Shown: in pieces, positions 59,642 through 64,000 of the stretch
How the letters are laid out: every line of letters begins with the position of its first letter
Position numbering within the stretch: position 1 is the first letter of the stretch
From: Planctomycetota bacterium
GTDB taxonomy: Bacteria; Planctomycetota; UBA8108; SXIK01
Length of the DNA stretch: 64,000 nucleotides
Direction: 5' to 3'
Assembly: GCA_965223265.1 (NCBI GenBank)
Contig: OZ244999.1
Span: 288,001-352,000, forward strand
The notes under the pieces: model-generated
Databases searched by the model: none
The model's input: only the letters and a program-made list of their open reading frames with translations
Told to the model about the DNA's origin: nothing
Program-made: the position numbers and the translations under genes

Positions 59642-59893
59642 TCAGCACGCGTCTTGGGGCGTTGCCGTCGAGCTTCGCAGGAGGCAGGCGACGTTCGCCG
59701 GCGCCATGGTGCGACCCGCTAACTCTTCGTTGTAGCGGTAGCCGGGAACGAGGCGGTCGTCGACGTAGACGCGCTCGTCGAGGTAGGGCTCGATACTGCT
59801 ATTGAGGGCTTCGCGGAGCTCGTCGATGAAGCGACGCATCAGCGTGTGCTGGCCGTGGCAGTAGCTGATGAAGCAGGAGTTTTCGATCGCCAT
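59642..59893 (-). pseudogene. Truncated TIR domain
   Basis: CFISYCHG..FIDELREAL..VYVDDRLVPGYRYNEELA then unrelated sequence; the catalytic Glu region is missing. Confidence 0.75.
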
Positions 59894-60079
59894 CGGTGAG
59901 AGCCCCTTGATCGTCGCGCCCGTGAAGAGTCAAAATATGCCAAAGCGCGGCGGCGTGCAAGGCAGCGTGAGGCGGTTCGACCGGGGCGGTTCGGCGCCGG
60001 CGGTGCCGCTTGGCGCGTTGCGCGACTGCGAGGGCGCCCGGCGTTCGGTCGCGGTCGACGCAGCTACGCAGTTCGGACT

Positions 60080-63000
60080 ATGTGCACCATGGCAGGTCGA
60101 CGCTATCACACGTTCCTCTCCCACAACGGCGACGACAAGCCAGCGGTCGAAGAGTTGGCGCACCGGTTGCGCGGCGAAGGCATCGAGCCGTGGCTCGACA
60201 CGTGGAACTTGATTCCTGGCGATCCGTGGCAGGAGGCGATCGAAGAGGCGATCGCGGAGTGCGACACGTGCGCGGTGTTCGTCGGCCCCGGTGGGATCGG
60301 TCCCTGGCAGCACGAGGAGATGCGGGACGCCATCGATCGCTGCGTCGCCGACGCCGGTCGTCGCTTTCGCGTCATCCCGGTGCTGCTGCCGGGCGCCGAG
60401 CGGGGCGATCGAAGCTTGCTACCGCGGTTCCTCGTGCGCGCGACGTGGGTGGAGTTCCGGCGCAGCCTTGACGACGAAGATGCGTTGCATCGACTCAAGT
60501 GCGGCATCCGCGGCATCGCGCCGGGGCCGGGTCGCAACGGAGCGATTGACGTTGGTGTGTGCCCGTATCAAGGCCTCAAGGCGTTCGATCGCGATCAAGC
60601 TCGGTTTTTCTTCGGTCGCGAGGGGCTGACGGGCTGGCTCGTCGACGCCTTGCGGCAGCGGCCGGGAGCTGTCGAGCAGAGTCGCTTTCTCGCCATTCTC
60701 GGGCCCTCGGGAAGCGGCAAATCCTCACTCGCGCGCGCGGGTCTCCTGCCTGCAATTGAGCGCGGCGACATCGACTCTAGTAGTGAGTGGCCGATCGTCG
60801 TGCTGAGGCCAGGCCCGCGTCCTGTCGAAAGCCTCGCGGTCGCGCTGGCGGCAAACCCGGCGTTTCGCGACCACCTGCCGGCGGTGGACGAAGTGGAAGC
60901 GAAGCTCGATGGTGACGAGCGTGCGCTCCACCTCAGCCTCCGCGTCGCGCTTCACGAGGAACCCGAAGACCGGCGTGTGGTCCTTCTCGTCGATCAGTTT
61001 GAAGAGGTGTTCACGCTGTGCGAGAAGGAGGAGCTCCGCCGCGCGTTCATCGCGAACTTGCTCTACGCCTCGAGCGTCACTGGCGGCCGGACGATCGTCG
61101 TCCTCACCATGCGGACGGACTTTTACAGCCGCTGCGCCGCGTACACCGACCTCGCCGCGGCATTGTCGGCTCACCAAGAGCTCGTCGGTCCGATGAATGA
61201 CGAGGAGCTGCGCAATGCGATCGAGCAGCCAGCGTTCTTGACCGGCTGCGAGCTCGAGCCGGGGCTCACCGATGCGCTCGTAAACGATGTGGAAGGTCAA
61301 GCTGGTGCGCTCCCGCTTCTTGAGCACACACTCCTCGAGCTCTGGGAGGGGCGCGTGGGGCGCAAGATGTCGTTCGATCGTTACCGCGAGATCGGCGGTA
61401 TCAAAGGCGCGCTCGAACGCAAAGCCGAGGAGATCTTTGCGACCTTCGATCCCGAGGAACAGGACGCTTGTCGGCGCCTTTTCCTGCGTCTGACGCAGCC
61501 GGGCGAAGGTACAGAGGACACGAAGCGCAAGGTGCCGCGCCGAGAACTCTTGCCCGCCCGGGGTGACCCCGCACGGCTCGACAGCTTGCTCCTTCGACTC
61601 GCCGCTGCGGACTCGCGCCTCATCACGACGGAAGGCGAAGCCGAGGCGGGATATGTGGAGGTCGCACACGAAGCGCTGATTCGCGAGTGGTCGCGACTGC
61701 GGCAGTGGATCGAGGCGGAGCGCGGGGACTTGAAGATCCACCGCCAGCTCACCGCCGCGGCTGACGAGTGGCGAAAGAACGGTCGTGACCGCAGCGACCT
61801 CTATCGTGGCCGGCGCCTCGAGGAACTTGAAGACTGGGCGCAGGGCCATGCGAAGGATGAAAGCGAACTGGAGCGAGAGTTTCGTCAAGCGAGCGTGCGC
61901 AAGCGAGCCGGTGTGACCTGGGCGAAGAGAAGCACCGTGATCTTACTCGCCGCGGCGCTCGTCGGCGTGACGCTTTGGGCGGTCTCGTCGTATCGAGCGC
62001 GCGCGGAAGAAAAGAGACGGGGCGCCGACCTAGGCCTCTTGGTGCATCTTGAAAACGAGGTGCGCGATCTGCGGCGCTGGCCGCCGCCGTCTGTATTGCG
62101 GGCTGTGGCGCATCGCGCCGGCGGCCGAGTCGCGGAGGTGCTCGATGATCCGTTCTTTGCTGCCAAGCAGTGGCGTCGTTCGGCGGCGCTCCTCGTCGAT
62201 CAGGCTGCAGAATACACGCGCGCGTTCGACGACTTGGTGAAGCGTAAGCAGTTTCAAGTGGAGCGAAACGGCGTGAAGACGCACCAGTTTGAGTCGGCCG
62301 AAGACCAGGCCGAGTACGAACGACTGCGCGAGCTCGTTCTCGGCATCGCGGCGCTGCAGATCGATCCGCCGGGTCGCTTCACTCTCGGCAAGGTCCCGCC
62401 GCGCTTCGAGCGCCTGCGCTGGGCCGCGGTAGTGCTCAAGGAGTTCGTCGCCAGCGAAAGGCTTTGGAGGAATGCCATCGAGGTGATCCGAACGAGTCCT
62501 AAGTACAGAGGGCTCGAGATACCGCCTCAGGTAGGGATGATTCCGATGCGCTCTCCGAATGCAGAGAGCGGTCTGTACGAGTTTCGTCAGTTGCTCCCAC
62601 CGCACAGTTTCTCGAGGAGCGATAAGACGCAAGTGGACGAGGCCGTCGAAGTTCCACCGCCACTGCCAGTTTCTGGCACAGGGAACGACGACCTGACAGG
62701 CGCCCAACAGCAGATACGAAACGACGAAATCGTCTTGGTGTTGTTGCCGGGGGGCGAGTTCTCCATGGGGAGCCCGGAGAGCGAAGACGACCGAGAGACT
62801 AACGAGAAGCGTCACGAGGTTACCCTGAGCCCGTTCTTCATCGCGAAGCATGAGGTGACGCAGGAGCAGTGGTTTCGCGTGCACGGGACCGAGTCTTCGT
62901 TCCACAAAGGCCCACACCTCCCGGTCGATACCGTCTCGTGGGATGATTGCCAGGAGTTCTGTGCGCGAGCGGTTCTTCAACTCCCATCAGAGGCGCAGTG

Positions 63001-63385
63001 GGAATATGCCTGTCGTGCCGGTACTCTCACACGTTACTCGTCGGGAGAGAGTGAAGCCCGCTTAGCCAAAGTCGCTCGATACAAGGAAAACTCGGGCGGT
63101 GAACCGCACGGGGTCGGCGGCAAGCTAGCGAACCGGTTCGGCCTTCACGACATGCATGGAAATGTCTGGGAGTGGTGCGAGGACGGCTGGGATGCAGACT
63201 TTTACTCGAAGCCAGAGGCATCGGAGAAAGATCCTTTGTGCCGCCCGGGCTCCGTGTACCGGGTCCTTCGCGGCGGCGGCTGGTTCAGCGACGCCAGGCG
63301 CTGCCGCTCGTCGTTCCGCAGCGCCTTGCGCGCGTTGGTTCGCAACAACACCGTCGGTTTTCGCCCCGCCAGGTCGTTACGCTAA
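60080..63385 (+). CDS. TIR + nSTAND1-type NTPase + TM + FGE-sulfatase (SUMF1 / CLec-fold) domain
   Basis: YHTFLSHN..PWQHEEM; CPYQGL..FFGRE..GPSGSGKSSLARAG..VDQFEEVFT..LPLL..EVAHEALIREW; TM TVILLAAALVGVTLWAV; PGGEFSMGS..LPSEAQWEYACRAG..DMHGNVWEWC..RVLRGGGW..VGFR. Confidence 0.93.
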   Translation: MCTMAGRRYHTFLSHNGDDKPAVEELAHRLRGEGIEPWLDTWNLIPGDPWQEAIEEAIAECDTCAVFVGPGGIGPWQHEEMRDAIDRCVADAGRRFRVIPVLLPGAERGDRSLLPRFLVRATWVEFRRSLDDEDALHRLKCGIRGIAPGPGRNGAIDVGVCPYQGLKAFDRDQARFFFGREGLTGWLVDALRQRPGAVEQSRFLAILGPSGSGKSSLARAGLLPAIERGDIDSSSEWPIVVLRPGPRPVESLAVALAANPAFRDHLPAVDEVEAKLDGDERALHLSLRVALHEEPEDRRVVLLVDQFEEVFTLCEKEELRRAFIANLLYASSVTGGRTIVVLTMRTDFYSRCAAYTDLAAALSAHQELVGPMNDEELRNAIEQPAFLTGCELEPGLTDALVNDVEGQAGALPLLEHTLLELWEGRVGRKMSFDRYREIGGIKGALERKAEEIFATFDPEEQDACRRLFLRLTQPGEGTEDTKRKVPRRELLPARGDPARLDSLLLRLAAADSRLITTEGEAEAGYVEVAHEALIREWSRLRQWIEAERGDLKIHRQLTAAADEWRKNGRDRSDLYRGRRLEELEDWAQGHAKDESELEREFRQASVRKRAGVTWAKRSTVILLAAALVGVTLWAVSSYRARAEEKRRGADLGLLVHLENEVRDLRRWPPPSVLRAVAHRAGGRVAEVLDDPFFAAKQWRRSAALLVDQAAEYTRAFDDLVKRKQFQVERNGVKTHQFESAEDQAEYERLRELVLGIAALQIDPPGRFTLGKVPPRFERLRWAAVVLKEFVASERLWRNAIEVIRTSPKYRGLEIPPQVGMIPMRSPNAESGLYEFRQLLPPHSFSRSDKTQVDEAVEVPPPLPVSGTGNDDLTGAQQQIRNDEIVLVLLPGGEFSMGSPESEDDRETNEKRHEVTLSPFFIAKHEVTQEQWFRVHGTESSFHKGPHLPVDTVSWDDCQEFCARAVLQLPSEAQWEYACRAGTLTRYSSGESEARLAKVARYKENSGGEPHGVGGKLANRFGLHDMHGNVWEWCEDGWDADFYSKPEASEKDPLCRPGSVYRVLRGGGWFSDARRCRSSFRSALRALVRNNTVGFRPARSLR

Positions 63386-63741
63386 CTCGCTCTCACGATC
63401 TCACACGCTTCTTCTTCGTCTTCCTCTCCCGCCACCCGGCCGTGCGTAGTCACCGCGGTGGCACACGGGATGTAACGGTTACCGACCGTAAGCCACCAGC
63501 TCAGCTCTAGGTGCGGGCGATGCTCGCGCCGCCAGAGGTCGAGGAGAGCCATGGCGAGGGTGTCGCCGCCGCTGATCGGCAGACAAAAAGACCGCGTCTT
63601 CCTTCGTTCCCTTTGCTACCTTCTGTTCATTCCTTCTGTTCCTTTTGTCGATTCCGAATTCTTTGCCGGCTGATTTTCTGCGAAAACGTTGCCAAAAGGA
63701 ACTCCCTGCCTTCACGTCTGCGTTGAAAAGGAGACTTTCGC

Positions 63742-64000
63742 ATGAAACCCCGCGCCTGCAAGCAGTCTCATCTTCTGTTCGTTTGTAGCACGTTCATCGT
63801 TATGACGTTCATCACCCGGCCAATCGCCGCCGATCCCATCGGCTGGCGTGCCGCCGGCAAAGGCGGCGCCGTGGCCGCCGGTCGTCCCGAAGCCGTCGCC
63901 GCCGGCATCGGCATTTTGAAGCGCGGCGGCAACGCAGCCGACGCCGCCGCTGCCACTCTGCTAGCGCTTTCCATCACCGACTATGGCCGCTTCGCGATCG
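63742..64000 (+). CDS. ggt: Gamma-glutamyltransferase family protein, 3'-truncated by window edge
   Basis: AGGAG RBS; signal-like N-terminus, then GAVAAG.PEAVAAGIGILKRGGNAADAAAATLLALSITD. Translated by hand; absent from the ORF track. Confidence 0.85.
   Translation, partial: MKPRACKQSHLLFVCSTFIVMTFITRPIAADPIGWRAAGKGGAVAAGRPEAVAAGIGILKRGGNAADAAAATLLALSITDYGRFAI

Noticed and set aside
63386-63741. DGR template repeat downstream of the FGE gene; also the pyrimidine-rich CCTTCTGTT repeat near 63620-63640
   Set aside because: No AAC-rich copy of the C-terminal region and no RT; the short repeat cannot be assigned from one occurrence.
1-64000. CRISPR arrays, tRNA or rRNA genes
   Set aside because: None recognised by eye in the intergenic regions; short structured RNAs could have been missed.

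Overview
GC-rich bacterial window; the C-terminal half of the 60-63 kb protein hints at a Planctomycetota-like host (inference). It is mostly one accessory conflict island between a partial LCIB-like gene at the left edge and a partial gamma-glutamyltransferase at the right edge. The core (13.5-43.3 kb, minus strand) is an extracellular contractile injection system (eCIS/PVC/Afp-like) operon: sheath, tube, DUF4255 cap, AAA+ ATPase, hub, spike, PAAR-like tip, gp25, two baseplate-J genes, a frameshifted DUF6519 fibre gene and two DUF4157 effectors. It is flanked by about ten TIR or TIR-like genes with different partner domains. The most unusual element is a translationally coupled pair of genes (46.4-49.6 kb), each fusing a TIR domain to the soluble cytoplasmic ring domain of the type III secretion export gate (SctV/FlhA), with no membrane domain and no T3SS in the window. 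Other candidates are a lipoprotein with gasdermin-like motif order plus an unannotated 52-aa neighbour, a DUF4062-CHASE2 / FecR-5xPASTA sensor pair, a TIR-methyltransferase fusion, and two inverted copies of a MITE bracketing about 49 kb. All family calls come from motif recognition by eye; no database searches were run.
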